From Octopus bimaculoides (taxonomy: Eukaryota), in assembly GCF_001194135.2 (NCBI RefSeq), contig NC_068996.1, positions 53,988,454 through 54,044,741 on the forward strand: a DNA stretch of 56,288 nucleotides. Direction: 5' to 3'. Shown one piece after another: positions 1-13,160 of this stretch (position 1 is the stretch's first letter; every line of letters starts with the position of its first letter). The position numbers and the translations under genes are program-made. A model generated the notes under the pieces. The model had not been told where the DNA came from, searched no databases, and saw only the letters and a program-made list of their open reading frames with translations.

Positions 1-363
1 AAAAATGTGGCACCTCAAGGCGACTACCATACCAGTGATTGTAGGATCTCTAGGAATGATAAAAAAAAGGTACTGAAACCTATTTGAAAATGATACCAGG
101 CTTACCATCCCTACAGGAAGTGCAAAAAATCGTGCTAACTGGAACGACTCATGTACTGAGAAGAGCATTATCGCTGTGAAAACAACATCCATTCATGATT
201 TTTTTTTCTTAAATACATGTTTTACCTGTGAATTTGCGTGTGTAAACTGGAATGCATACAACGAGTTTCTCTGCCCTAGGTGTACGGAAAACACTCGGCG
301 AGAAATGGAAGAAAATTTGAATAAAGAAGTAAAAACAACATAATAATAATAATAATAATAATA
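1..363 (+). mobile_element. 3' end of R4/Dong-like RLE non-LTR retrotransposon with (TAA)n tail
   Basis: Translates KMWHLKATTIPVIVGSLGMIKK/(frameshift in A-run)GTETYLKMIPGLPSLQEVQKIVLTGTTHVLRRALSL* (stop 177-179), the typical R4/Dong C-terminus. A ~160-bp 3'UTR follows and ends in (TAA)n at ~341-363. Confidence 0.85.
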
Positions 364-371
364 GAAAATAT

Positions 372-930
372 AGGCGTTGGCGTGGCTATGTAGTAAGTTT
401 GCTTCTCAACCACACAGGTTCGTGGCATCTTGGGCAAGTGTCTTCCACAATACCCCTGGGTCAACCCAAAGACTTGTCAGTTGATTTGGTAGACGGAAAC
501 TGAAAAACTCCCGGCGTATGTGTGTGTGTGTGTGTGTGTGTGCGTGTGCGTGTGCGTGTGTGTGCGTGTGTGTGCGTGTGTGTGTATAGGTGTGTGTGTG
601 TGTNNNNNNNNNNNNNNNNNNNNNNNNTGTGTGTGTATAGGTGTGTGTGTGTGCGTGTGCGTGTGCGTGTGCGTGTGTGTGCGTGTGTGTGCGTGTGTGT
701 GTATAGGTGTGTGTGTGTGTGTTTGTGTTTGATCCCCCTCCCACCGATTGATAACCAGTGTTGGTTTGTTAATATCTCTGTAAATTAGCGTTTCGCCAAA
801 AGTGTCCGGTATAGTAAGTGTCAGGCCCAGAAAAAAAGGTACTGGGGTCAATTTTTCGACTAACTCCTTCAAGCTGGTGCCCCAGCATGGCCACAACCTA
901 ATGACTGAAACAGACAAAGGATAGAAAAAC
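372..930 (+). mobile_element. tRNA-derived SINE, family A (internal TG microsatellite)
   Basis: Degenerate A-box head, then ggtagacggaaactgaa, internal (TG)n, and 3' ...ccagcatggcc..aatgactgaaac. The same modules recur at 17679, 21935, 26670, 27935, 42925 and 47540. Confidence 0.8.
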
Positions 931-1024
931 CCCCAACACACACACAATCATATGTTCATAATGAGAGAGAGAGAGAGAGAGCGTATATGTGGTCTGATGT
1001 AGGTATATGTATGAATACTCTCAA

Positions 1025-1145
1025 ACATACCACTGGTTCCTGACTGATTTTTATTCATTGGTCGACCCAAGGCTGTTTTATAACACACTTGGTCGAGGAG
1101 CCGCAAAGTGATCCGAACCCAAACTACATGGTTGTAAAACGTGCT
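1025..1145 (-). mobile_element. Degenerate SINE family A 5' fragment
   Basis: ttggtcgacccaaggct...ccgaacccaaactacatggttg matches the reverse complement of the family A head, as at 27935-28090. Confidence 0.5.
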
Positions 1146-2048
1146 TTTTGATTAAACATCCTCATCTGTTGTGCAGTGATAGTCTTAATTCATAATGCTG
1201 ATGCTAAAGGATTCGATGAAATTATTAAGAAGCTATTAAAATAATGGGACGCAACCTATATTGCCATTTTTTTTTTCACATTCAAGTTAAGATTTATTAA
1301 TTTCATTGATTTCAAAAGACTAAAATAGCACATTATCAAAGAATTGTCAATCATCGTCACTTTTAAAATATTTGAATGGTATTTCAGTTATTGAATTTGA
1401 AGTTTTCAATCAACTTGATGCAACAGATATAAAAAAAAAATTCAGCATTATAATTCCTTTAGACATTAAGCCTCTTTATATATATATTTTTAGTGGTTTA
1501 GTCAGAGTGGTAGTAGGTAGAATGTAGTACCCATGACCCTTTTCAGGGTTTCCGTGTCTTGTAGGAGGAAGAGAATAAGTTATGATCAGACTGGAGACTG
1601 GGCCTAAACGTTGCAGTAGCGAGAGCTGAGATAATGCCTTCTGAAGTCCAGGTGGTGGTGTTAAGTTGGGCGATAGATTAAGTCTATTACCCAGGGATAT
1701 GAACGAGCCCTTAAATGAGTTTTCACAATTCATGGTACGTGCTGCGCAATGGAATCGATGCTAAAACAATATATTTGCGAATTGAATTTTTTCAGCACTT
1801 AGCCATGTTGGTTTGACATTTCAGGTTACGGAATGAAGATTTATTTTGATATTAAGAAAATAATTATTTCAATGCGTTATAAATGTTAAATAAAATATAA
1901 TTTGAAGAAAAAAACATATTATTATAAATAATTAGTTGAGATCACTTTTTCTGTACTTTATCACTAATATTTTATCAAGAGAAATTGTTTGGTAGAAAAA
2001 TCCCAAATAGATAATCTCTCTATCTTCCTCATTCTCTCTGCTCTCTTT

Positions 2049-2088
<40 letters not shown>

Positions 2089-2454
2089 GCGTGTGTGTGT
2101 GTGCGTATGTGTGCGTGTGTGTGTGTGTGCGCGTGTGTGTGTGTGTGTGCGTGCGTGTGCGCGCGCACGCGTGTGTATGTGTGTGTGTATGTGTGCGTGC
2201 GTGTGTGTTTTAGAAAGCTACTATCAGTTGGAGACAAAAGAGTAAAACCAAACGCAACGCTTTACACTATTCCCTAATATTGCAATATTTCGGCTATAGA
2301 AAGTCTTTGTCAAGAGAAAAAAAATGGAGGATAATATTTACTTTGATTTGCACTGATATATAGACATGTACGATAGCGAATGTACACAGAGTGGCAGTGT
2401 TATCGATAGTACAACAAAGTTTATTAATAAAAATAGATTTTTTTAATTCTTAAA

Positions 2455-2830
2455 ATCTTCAGTATTCCATTCTGTGGTTTTGATGGCGACCGTGCAGAGA
2501 ATTCTAACAAGTATGTGTATGAATGTCTTCTTTGTTGCGAATATGTTGTTTTTGCAAATAAGTTCTGCCACATTTTTACATATCATGTGTATATCTGTTA
2601 AGTCTGTGAACACAATCGTTTATGTCGTGTTGCCAATGTGCTGACGTTTTCAGACATTTTGTGTAAGGAAAGGCTTAGGTTTTGCTTTTTATTCTGTACA
2701 TTGATTCAATCTCTCCCTAAGGATCGCCTGGTGGATTGCAGCAAGGAATCTATTCTATCATTAAAAGTCCATTAGTTTTAGGGAGCCGGTATTTGGGTAA
2801 TCTGAGTTTAGTCAATATCAGCACTGGAAG
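2455..2830 (-). mobile_element. Highly decayed Penelope-like GIY-YIG region
   Basis: Frameshifted minus-strand pieces read like CSQ..IYT..ICKNCGRTY..KTT..HGRHQNH..EY, resembling the clearer copy at 16476-16690. Confidence 0.3.
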
Positions 2831-3241
2831 ATAATATCCAGAGTGAATTACAAGCTAAAACAGGGTAAAAACTAAATAGAACAAACATGCCGAAATGAAG
2901 TGCAAGGTCAATGCTTTGAAGGAAGACAAGGGATATCAACGTTTTGGTTTTTCTTTTGTGAAGAAAGACGAAAGAAAAAAGGTGAAAAAGATAAGGAAGA
3001 GAATGTGCATAGAGACTGAAGAAAAACCATGACGACTAATGTCAGACTGGAGGTAAGAGAAAGTTAATGTTTTACGGCAGAGACGAACGAGCAAAATGGA
3101 GAATGTCAGAATGAAAGAAGTAAGCTCCAGAGAATTTATGATGAGTGTGTATATGAATGTGCTTGCGTGTAATACCTGTCTATGTGTACGTCTGAGTGTG
3201 AGCTCAGAAATGAAATATGTGAGACATATTGCGTATAAATA

Positions 3242-3340
<99 letters not shown>

Positions 3341-3453
3341 NNNNNNNNNNNNNNNNNNNNNNNNNNNNNNNNNNNNNNNNNNNNNNNNNNNNNNNNNNNN
3401 NNNNNNNNNNNNNNNNNNNNNNNNNNNNNNNNNNNNNNNNNNNNNNNNNNNNN

Positions 3454-3517
<64 letters not shown>

Positions 3518-5825
3518 GGTAAAGAATTAAGTGCGCGATATTTACATGATAGAATGGTGTGTTTCGACATGAAAAAAAACGCATGATATGATATTGATGT
3601 AACAGAGTTAATTAGGTGAGGAAAGAAAAGACTTTTCTTTGTGAAAATATGGCATAATAATATGCGAGTTATGTGAACAAGACATCAGTCAGTGAGGAGG
3701 GAGAGCGGTAAAAGTGAGGGTGGGTGGGCTGTACACATGTGTGTGCGTCTGTGTGTTTGAGTGTATGTGTTTGTATGTGTGAGCATGTGAGTATGTGTGT
3801 ACGTGTGTGTATGTGTGTGTGTTGAGGTAATTAGAGGAAAGTTAGTTATTTGTACCAAACGGAGAAGCTGAGTTCAAGGGGAAATTGTTGGTAAAGGTAA
3901 AAGTAGCCTGAAAAAGTGAAGTGGCGGGTTGCAGGCTAAAGCAAAATGGTGCCATTTTGTTGGACATCCAAAAGATTCTCCCAACAGGCCTCTCTAATAA
4001 ACATTTAGCCACAAATTTTCACATTTGATACAACAGACGAATTTTTGCAGATGCAAATAAAGCAGCCCACGACATGAAGCGAAGACTTGGGACTATGTAA
4101 AATTGTAAGACAGTGTAATAGCGGGTGTCAATGAAGTAGGGAAGCTGTTTGCAGGGAAGGGTTAGGGATCCGATGCAGCCGTTGATCTAATGGCTGTAGC
4201 ATTTTAGATTGGAATTGTTGAAATGATTCACGATCGGAACCTCAAAGCAATCAATTAAACAAGTTGGGACCCATTATGGTGTCCGTTACAAATAATTATT
4301 AAAACCTGTCAATAAGAAAGAATTTCGATGATTGCTTGCCTAGTTAAAATAATTTTGTTGAGTTTGTAAACTATTAGGGGTAACTTTTGCATTTACTGAA
4401 GCGGCTGGTGATCATGTTTGCGGACGGCGGCTTATTCAAAGATAAAAGAACCCACTTATATGACTGCTCATTCTGGTACCTGAAGACTCAGTCTTTGACA
4501 AATCAAATGAAATTGTATCAAGTTCACTAAGGATACGTTTAATAATCGAGGAGAAACCGAGCAATATGGAGCAATATAGTGTTAAACTTTAGCTTTTACA
4601 ACATGGTTAAATTTTTCCTTTTAAATTGCTACATGCAACGTTTTCTAAACTGAAAGTCATCAGAAGTTTTGAAATATATGATGCTTCTAATTGCTGAAAA
4701 TTTAAATTACTTTACTCAAGGTAATTTTGTTAAAAATGAAGTCTGCCTGAAATATTTTATAAATACCGTTCTAGTGATTGGATTAAATGAAGATTGTGTT
4801 TCTTTTTTATTCTTCTTTACAGAACTTCAGAGCCTGGGGATACTTTACAATCAAATATTACCAAGTGTACCGATGATTAGGCATATTCATACAAGTTTTG
4901 GCAAAATTTTATGTAAACATCTAAGATGGAATATTAATTATTAAATATGCACCAAGGTGTATTGCACTGAAAGCTGTGAGCGAGAGCAGCCAGCCAGTCA
5001 CATAGGAAAGTCTCTGCTACTTTAAATATTATGTAAATTTAGTGCAAAATACTAGAGGATCAAGGGGTTAGCACCAATCTTTCTATTTGTTTTATCTGTC
5101 ATGTCGTATGAAAAATTTTCTAATCTACAACTCCTGTTGAATGATACAAAGTGGTTGCTCAAATATCGCCTGTCTGAAAATGTATATTTTAATATCGAAA
5201 TTACTGGGAAAATACTGTAATAACAATGGGAAACAATTACCACCTGGTAGCGAACAACACAGAGAGCGTCAGTATTACAATCCTTGAATGGATTTACTTG
5301 ACTAAGAGTGCACTACATGAATAATAGAAAGCAAGATGAATGTATGGCATTAATATGCTTTTCATATAGAAAATTTAATGACATGGTAAATTAAATATAC
5401 AGTCTACAGTCCTAGCGTTTTCGTAAAGTCACTTGCAAAAATATTCAGACTATGAACACAGAAAATAAAACACATATCAGTCCCCGTATACTTTGTATTA
5501 CTAAATTGAAAAGTGGGGGACGATCGGAATAAACTAAAAGTAAAACTGACAGGTTTTTCCTCCTCTGCATGAATAGTTTCTTAAAAAATGTTCAAATTAA
5601 ATTCTAGAGAAGGAATTTACGTGTAAAGTAAGAGAGAAAAAAACCGAAGCTTCAAACAGAACGATATGGTTTTATAATCACATCCAAGGTAATAAAGAAA
5701 CAGTGCAATGTTTGTAATTTAAATAAAATTTACATTTTTAAGCATTTATAACGGAAAAAAGCAATGATAGAAGTCGTTGGAATGTACACATTTAGTAAAA
5801 ATACACGCTAATCTAAATCATATTA

Positions 5826-5997
5826 TACATACATACATGCATGCATGCATACATACATACATACATACATACATACATACAGGCATACATACATACATAC
5901 ATACATACATACATACATACATACATACATACAGGCATACATACATACATACATACATACATACATACATACATGCATACATACATACATACATACA

Positions 5998-6029
<32 letters not shown>

Positions 6030-6037
6030 CATATACA
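5826..6037. repeat. (CATA)n microsatellite abutting the 5' truncation of an R4-like LINE
   Basis: Direct inspection. Confidence 0.95.
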
Positions 6038-6445
6038 GGTATGTACCGTCATAGAGGTCAGCTACCCTGCAGATATAAATATTTCTTTGAAAATCAAAGA
6101 AAAAGAGGATATCAATGGACAACTGCTTCGAAGCCTCCAGCTTCTTTATCCAGACTATAAATACATATTCATACCAATAATAATTGGAGCATTAGGTTTT
6201 GTTAGTAAATGCTTAAAGGAGACTCTGGATAAACTAGGATTTTCAGAAAGAGAAATCAACTGGCTGATTCGTACGTTGCAAGTGCAATTTGTAAGTGGAA
6301 CAGTAAAAATATGCAAGACTTTTCTCAAGTTCTAAATGTGAATTTGTCTTTGTTAACTACATCCCAAAGATGGAGCCTTGTATCTTTGTTGGAAACGAGC
6401 TCCCTCCTCTGTGGAAGATTTACAATAATTAAAAAAATAGAAGAC
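6038..6445 (+). mobile_element. 5'-truncated R4-like RLE LINE (C-terminus plus 3'UTR)
   Basis: VCTVIEVSYPADINISLKIKEKEDINGQLLRSLQLLYPDYKYIFIPIIIGALG...GTVKICKTFLKF* (stop 6333-6335). Clearly homologous to the 19072-19542 ORF. Ends in (CA)n. Confidence 0.85.
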
Positions 6446-6959
6446 ACACACACACACATACACACACACACAAACACACACATATATATATATATATAAT
6501 ATCAAGGATTCATAGAAATCAGGTACTTAAATGATAAGTATCAGCTGGGGTCGAACGAACTTCTAAACAGCACAATTAGTCGAGGCTGGAATCAGGTTTG
6601 ACTTGGCCATTGTGGTAAAGTGTTGTTCTTATATAGTTTGAAATGTTATGTATCATCTGAAGAAAGAGATTTAATTTTTTTAGCTATGATGTAATGTACT
6701 CATTAATATATTAAAGAAATCGATTGGAAACGTCTGTAATGAAGTGACGCGTATCCATCCTTTGTTACTTATATACACACACACATATTGAAATTTATAT
6801 ATATATATNNNNNNNNNNTATACGAAAAAACAACAACAGACGAGGACAGGTGGTGTAAATAACAAAATTCGTCTGTCACGAATGACCAGGGGTGCACCTA
6901 AGAGGTTCCCCTCCGGAGTACAAGTCTGGGTGGAATGTCGCCTCACCGACGAGCACACA

Positions 6960-7221
6960 ACCTAGGGTTGTTTTCATGGAAGACCAACAGTCACCCATAC
7001 ATACCAGCCTCCCCTCTCCACGCCACTGATGTTATCCAAGGGAAAGGCGAAAGCTGACACAGTTCGGCACCAGTGACATTGCAACTCATTTCTACAGCTG
7101 AAGCAACGTGAAATAAAGTGTCTTGCTCGAGAACACAACACACAGCTTGGTCCGGGAATCGAACTCACAACTTCACGATCGTAATAAGCTCAACGCTCTA
7201 ACCACTGAGCCAAGAGCCTTC
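6960..7221 (-). mobile_element. tRNA-derived SINE with CORE-like central domain (family C)
   Basis: The minus strand has A box TGGCTCAGTGG and B box GAGTTCGATTCC, then ctcgagcaagacactttatttcacgttgct (CORE-like, recalled) and a distinct tail. Confidence 0.7.
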
Positions 7222-8576
7222 ACTGTATATATTTATTTATATGTATATGTGTGTATATATATATATATNNNNNNNNNNNNNNNNNNNNNNNNNNNNNNNN
7301 NNNNNNNNNNNNNNNNNNNNNNNNNNNNNNNNNNNNNNNNNNNNNNNNNNNNNNNNNNNNNNNNNNNNNNNNNNNNNNNNNNNNNNNNNNNNNNNNNNNN
7401 NNNNNNNNNNNNNNNNNNNNNNNNNNNNNNNNNNNNNNNNNNNNNNNNNNNNNNNNNNNNNNNNNNNNNNNNNNNNNNNNNNNNNNNNNNNNNNNNNNNN
7501 NNNNNNNNNNNNNNNNNNNNNNNNNNNNNNNNNNNNNNNNNNNNNNNNNNNNNNNNNNNNNNNNNNNNNNNNNNNNNNNNNNNNNNNNNNNNNNNNNNNN
7601 NNNNNNNNNNNNNNNNNNNNNNNNNNNNNNNNNNNNNNNNNNNNNNNNNNNNNNNNNNNNNNNNNNTATATATATGTGTGTGTGTGTGTAATTATATATA
7701 TATATATATATATATCTGCTGAAATTGATATATATACATATATATATATATATATGTGCGTGTGTGTGTGTAGAAATTATTTAATAATAAAGAATATAAA
7801 GAGTATTGTAACAGTATCATAGCACAGTAGTAATTTGTATCGTTATTATAGATTTTAAAGTTAGTGAAACGGAAGAAATGTGCAGAGTTCTGTTGAAAAA
7901 GCCTTGTATCACATAGTTACGACTCTTTGCGTTTACCGATGGCGAAAATTACTTTCATCCTATTTGTGGCCAATAAAATTCAAACATCAGTTAAGTTCCG
8001 AGATGAATTAAATTCACTTATGTCCTTCCCCAAATATTTTTTAAATTGTGCCAATGTTAGAAATTATTATCGAGTTACGCCTCTCTTCAATCTCAAATGA
8101 AATTCAGTCAAAGTCGTCTTTGATTTCTTTGGAGTCGATAATACAAACACGAGGCAAGTGCAATTGTCAATTAAAGAGAACGCACTCCACCCAAATGGGA
8201 GAAATAATTACTGTATGTTTTGCTAATTTAGATTTCTCGCTTTACTTTTTAAAATCATTTCAATTTATTTTCTGTCGGGCTCAATTGTAGTACTGTGCTC
8301 TTCTCAGCGACTATTTAGTAAATCTTGTTGTCGAGATAGTTACCAGATCATAACGTCAACAAACCAAAGTATTGAGTCTGAATGAATCATCAGGAAAAAA
8401 AAAAGAAAGAAAGATATCACTGTATAGTTACTCCTTATATTATCTTTGATAGAAAGATAAGAAATATTGTTAACACAGTTCGCAGAAAATTCCTGGCAAT
8501 TGTCGCGTCGTTAACGCTCCAAAATGTTAGTCACGTGCACTTTTTCTCATAACTCATTGTTCGAATGATTTCACAC

Positions 8577-8610
<34 letters not shown>

Positions 8611-8633
8611 CATGCACGCACGCACGCACGCAT

Positions 8634-8665
<32 letters not shown>

Positions 8666-10463
8666 ATACACACACACACACATACACACACGCAATCCGC
8701 AAGATTGCACCAAAAAGTAGTAAGGTTTGAAATATATACAAAATAATAATTACTTTTGATACTGCAATCTTGTCTTAATAATTAGTTATTCTTGAAATTG
8801 ATCGAATGCATCGATGACATTAATATACGATGTGAATTTCTTGGGCATTGTCTGGAACTTTGAACGGGTCAATGAGTCATTGTCGTCAACAACTTTCTCC
8901 TGAATGTTTATTTTCTTTTCTCATTTTGCATGAAATTTTTTTCTCATTATAAATCTATTCAGAAACACCATATTTGAAGGTGTGAAGATATTGAATTTTA
9001 ATAGCGTTGAAAATAACCCTCAATAGAGATAGATAGTCTGCGAATGTTATGAGAGACGGTGGTAGGAACGGTAGAATAGCGTAAGAAACAGAAATTACAA
9101 TGAGTTTTAATAAAAAGCAGAGAAAGTATGAAGTTCTGTAAGCTGGAAATTAATTACAGGTACAAATGGACTGGTAACAAATTTTTATTTTCAGTTGCAG
9201 TGATTTCAAAAACATCGCTATACGATGAAATGTATAAACATCAGTCTGGCGTTTGATTATGTAATAATTAATTAATCTTAAAAGTTCTTACTAATGAAAC
9301 CATTTTGGATATGGCAAAATACAGTTAATGAATATACTAAAAATCAGTGTTCGATGTTTGATAAGCGAACGAAATCCGGCTTATGTCCTTTGCTGAGCCT
9401 ATAATCACAAGTGTTCTAGTTATAGCAATCGCACCGTTTATACATAAGTCCCTTGAACTACATTATCCAATGCTTCTTGTTAATTTAAGACAGCAGTGTG
9501 TGGTTTGAGGGAAATTTGGTTGCTATTTTTGCAAATCGTAGAAGCTCGTATGCTGGCTGTTTAATTTAGCTGTTGTCTTTGTTATTTAGGTCCAAGTCAG
9601 TCGTTAATTGAATTGCATGCAACTAGAAGATGGAATAATAAAGCATGTTTCACAGATCTTTAGCTTTGGATCATTTCCATCTAGTTGAGCGCCATACCGC
9701 ATATTCTGATCTACTGTAGTTAATTATATGCAGTGTAGTGCTACAATCTGAAAATATATCATCTCCACTGGACACTGGAAATATATTCTCTCCACTCCAC
9801 GGTTGAAGTTTGCTTTCATATCATAATGGTACTCATAAAAGAAATGTGTAAGCTGATTTCAGTTAGAGTACAACATCAGCTATTTCTTTACACTTGTTAT
9901 TGCAGTTAATGAAGCTGTTGGTGATGTTCCTCTTACCGTGTTAATACGTTTCTTTATTCGTTTGTATTGGACTGAGTGATGCAAATAGAGCTCATAAAAT
10001 GCTATTATTCTGGGGGAGTTGTAAATATGTTTATATGTTTGGAGACGGTTGTTATTGATGTTGGTATGAAGTCCATTTCAGCGATGATCAAGCAGTCCTA
10101 TGCTATGCAGCTAGACAACTGAGTGATGCAGTGCGACCCACCGGCAGATGGTTGAAATGACATTTTCTAAACTAAGGATAAAATCCCATCTTGAAGACCA
10201 TTCATTATAGGAAATAGTCTAAACTCTAATTCCATAGAAAAGTGATCCATTGGCGATAGACGAGATAACGTGACTTGTTAATGAATCCGGGCGAAACAAG
10301 CCCTGGACACCGTGATGGATGTTACGTCGCTGATTACCGAGTGACATGCTGAGAAATCGATCCGGTTATTAGAGAGGGAATCATACCTCCACCACCTGAA
10401 TCTCATCAAGCATTTCGAAAACGTAAAGATTAAATCTTTAAAGCACTGAGGAATGTGAATCAT

Positions 10464-10762
10464 TGTTAATACTTCCAGTTCAGATGCTACATGGTATACT
10501 TTGGTTGAAGGCTGGCAAGCAATCAGTTAAAACGGTTATAGCTTTAATTAAGCTATACACAAAAGATTAACGGAGACCCAGAATGTGTTAGTGAAAGATT
10601 TATTTAGTTGAACACACGAGGGCGACAGCCGCCAGTTAACTTCTGTTTCGTAGAAGCCTGCTTAACCGAAAGTCAACTTTGCCGCAGACCAGCTCCCTAG
10701 CTAGCCCGCAGTAAAGTTTCTGTCTACAGTTCATCTGTCATAAATCTTTGGGCAGTGTCCTA
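10464..10762 (-). mobile_element. Gypsy 3' LTR
   Basis: The minus strand starts TGTAGG right after the integrase stop and a degenerate PPT, has AATAAA, and ends in CA. Its first ~90 bp recur at 12123-12212. Confidence 0.7.
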
Positions 10763-11270
10763 CATATAGCTCACTATCAGAACTGTTGACCGGGAAGGTG
10801 TTATAACTGCCCTGCCCGTGCGTGTGGTTATTCGGCTCTTCGGTGACTGTTCCTTGCCAAGGGTTGGTGTGATTTGCCTGGGGCGGCCCTTGTTTCGTGG
10901 TTGAGCTACTTGGACAAGATGGGCCGGTTTCAACCTATCAACGGAAACTGTGACTTGTTGTCCGCCAATTAGGAGTTGGAATGATTTGTCTCCCGGACAT
11001 ATGAGTTCATATGGACCATCGTAGTGTGACTGGAGGGATTTTCGCCGTGCATCACATCGAATGAACACGATGTTAGCCGTGCAGTGATAATTTGGTACGG
11101 ATGGTCTAGGTGTGTCATGTGTTGACATGGGAATAGAGTGCAACTGGCCCACACTGTCTCTCAGTTGCGTGAGGTACCTTTTTACATCTGGGTCTGACTT
11201 CGCGTTCGGAAGGAACTCTCCTGACACTGTAAGAGGGGCACCATACATCATCCCTTCTGCAGCAAGAGTG
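10763..11270 (-). mobile_element. Gypsy integrase C-terminal part (decayed)
   Basis: YGAPLTVSGEF...VFIRCDARRKSLQSHYDGPY...VTVSVDRLKPAHL matches the Gypsy integrase GPY/F region. Confidence 0.9.
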
Positions 11271-12120
11271 AGGAGACTCCTATACAAGGCACTGTCAAAA
11301 TATAGTTATAAAAGACAGGTGGAGTGGGATAGTGCAATGACTTCAGCCTTCAAATCCACAAAACAGGCCCGGGCTAAAGCAACCATGCTATCCCATTCTT
11401 ATATGTCAGCTTGGACTTCACTCGCAGTCGATACCTCAGACAAAGCCATTGGGGATATTTTGGAACAATGCATCAGTGGTCAGTAGTGATCACTTGTCTT
11501 CTTCGGTCGACAACTACGACTACCTGAACAGAAATACAATGCTTTTGACAGGAAACCGCTGGTTGTCTATCTAGGTGTCCGCCACTTTCACAATTTTCTT
11601 GAAGGTCGCACGTTTACAGTGTCCATAGACCACATACTGCTCAACTTTGCTATGATCAAGCTCTCGGAGCCTTGGTCTGCACGCCAGCAACGACAGCTAT
11701 CGGCCATATGCACTTTGGCTCCAACGGCACAACCCTACAGTGTGAAGTATCCACTGGGAAGCCATGACCGATCGTCCGATTAGCCTGGCACAGGAAGGTT
11801 TTCGACGTCATTCACGGATTGCCCCACCTGGGTACTAGAGCCACACGGCGTCTGCTGTCAAGCAAATTTATCTGGCACAGTATGGCCAAGCAAATTCTGG
11901 AGTGGGCCAAGATCTGCATCCCCTGTCAACAAGCCATGGTCCATCAGCACATCAAAGCACCCCTCGGCAACGATGAACCACTACAAGCCCGTTTCAGCCA
12001 CGTCAACATTGACCTTGTCAGCCCCCTATCACCTTCACAGGGTTGATCGTACCTACTAACCTTGGTAGACCGCTACATTCGTTGGCCTGAGGCTATTCCT
12101 CTCCGCAGCACGGAAACACA
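11270..12120 (+). mobile_element. Gypsy RT connection/RNase H and integrase N-terminus (inverted segment)
   Basis: LAVDTSDKAIGDILEQ...EQKYNAFDRKPL..YLGVRHF..FLEGR.FTV..DH (RNase H). PHLGTRATRRLLSSKFIWHSMAKQILEWAKICIPCQ (H2C2 zinc-binding region). RFSHVNIDLVSPLSPSQG..YLLTLVDR (integrase core start). Stops are present. Confidence 0.9.
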
Positions 12121-12122
12121 AG

Positions 12123-12212
12123 AACTTCGCCGCAGACCAGCTCCCTAGCTAGCCCACAGCGAACTTCCTGTCTACAATTCGTCTGTCATAAATCCTTGGG
12201 CAGGGCCCTACA
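12123..12212 (-). mobile_element. Truncated second Gypsy LTR
   Basis: About 90 bp similar to 10675-10762 in the same orientation. Confidence 0.8.
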
Positions 12213-12408
12213 CAATCTTTATAATTGTGTTTTGTATACCGAAAGTGAATGTTTTCGATTAATGAAATGACATGACATTCAGAAACTATTTCTAATTATA
12301 ACACTTCTTATGATGTCTTCGTTAGGTGTTCAGCTGCGATTAAGTTTAATTTTCTAGCAGATTTAGTGTTCTTCACCTTAAGAGCTACCCTGTCTATTGG
12401 ATCCATTA

Positions 12409-12540
<132 letters not shown>

Positions 12541-12598
12541 NNNNNNNNNNNNNNNNNNNNNNNNNNNNNNNNNNNNNNNNNNNNNNNNNNNNNNNNNN

Positions 12599-12633
<35 letters not shown>

Positions 12634-12813
12634 ATGTATATAGTGTTAACAGAGTTAACGGTTATAATAACCGACTAAGTGATAAAATATTCGCATGTAC
12701 TTACGGTATCCGTTACCCGTGTTATCACCGGGCATTGATGTGCAGGCAAACTATACACGCAGAGTGCAGGTAACAACAGGATAAAGAAGAGTTATCAGAC
12801 AATAAATACAAAT

Positions 12814-13013
12814 AATCAGTAAATGGAGAAAACCTCAGATTAAGAAACACATCGATTGGAACACATTTATAGCTTGTTTATGAATACAAAACATGACATA
12901 ACAAATAGGTGACGCCATCTATTTGTTATGGGATGCTTTGTATTAAAAAATAAGCTTTAAATCTTGTCCAATCGATGTGTTTGTTAATCAGAGATTTTCT
13001 CCATTTTCTGATT
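12814..13013. repeat. ~200-bp imperfect palindrome (fold-back, MITE-like)
   Basis: Arms of ~95 bp pair along their whole length. The centre is cataacaaatag-gtgacgccat-ctatttgttatg. Confidence 0.85.
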
Positions 13014-13014
13014 T

Positions 13015-13160
13015 TATATATATATGCAGCCATATATATATGCATCCATATATATATGCAGCCATATATATATGCAGCCATATATATATGCATCCATATA
13101 TATATGCAGCCATATATATATGCAGCCATATATATATGCAGCCATATATATATGCAGCCA
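13015..13160. repeat. 14-bp minisatellite (TATATATGCAGCCA / TATATATGCATCCA)
   Basis: Direct inspection shows about 9-10 units. Confidence 0.9.

Noticed and set aside
1565-1734. Possible plus-strand internal exon (tcttgtag|...|gtacgt)
   Set aside because: All three frames contain stops and there is no homology I recognise.
10280-10450. IRAKQALDTVMDVTSLITE*HAEKSIRLLERES coding-like frame
   Set aside because: Has an internal stop and matches no family I recognise.
10459-12217. Gypsy target-site duplication
   Set aside because: The flanks (ATCAT versus CAATC) do not match, so no TSD is claimed.
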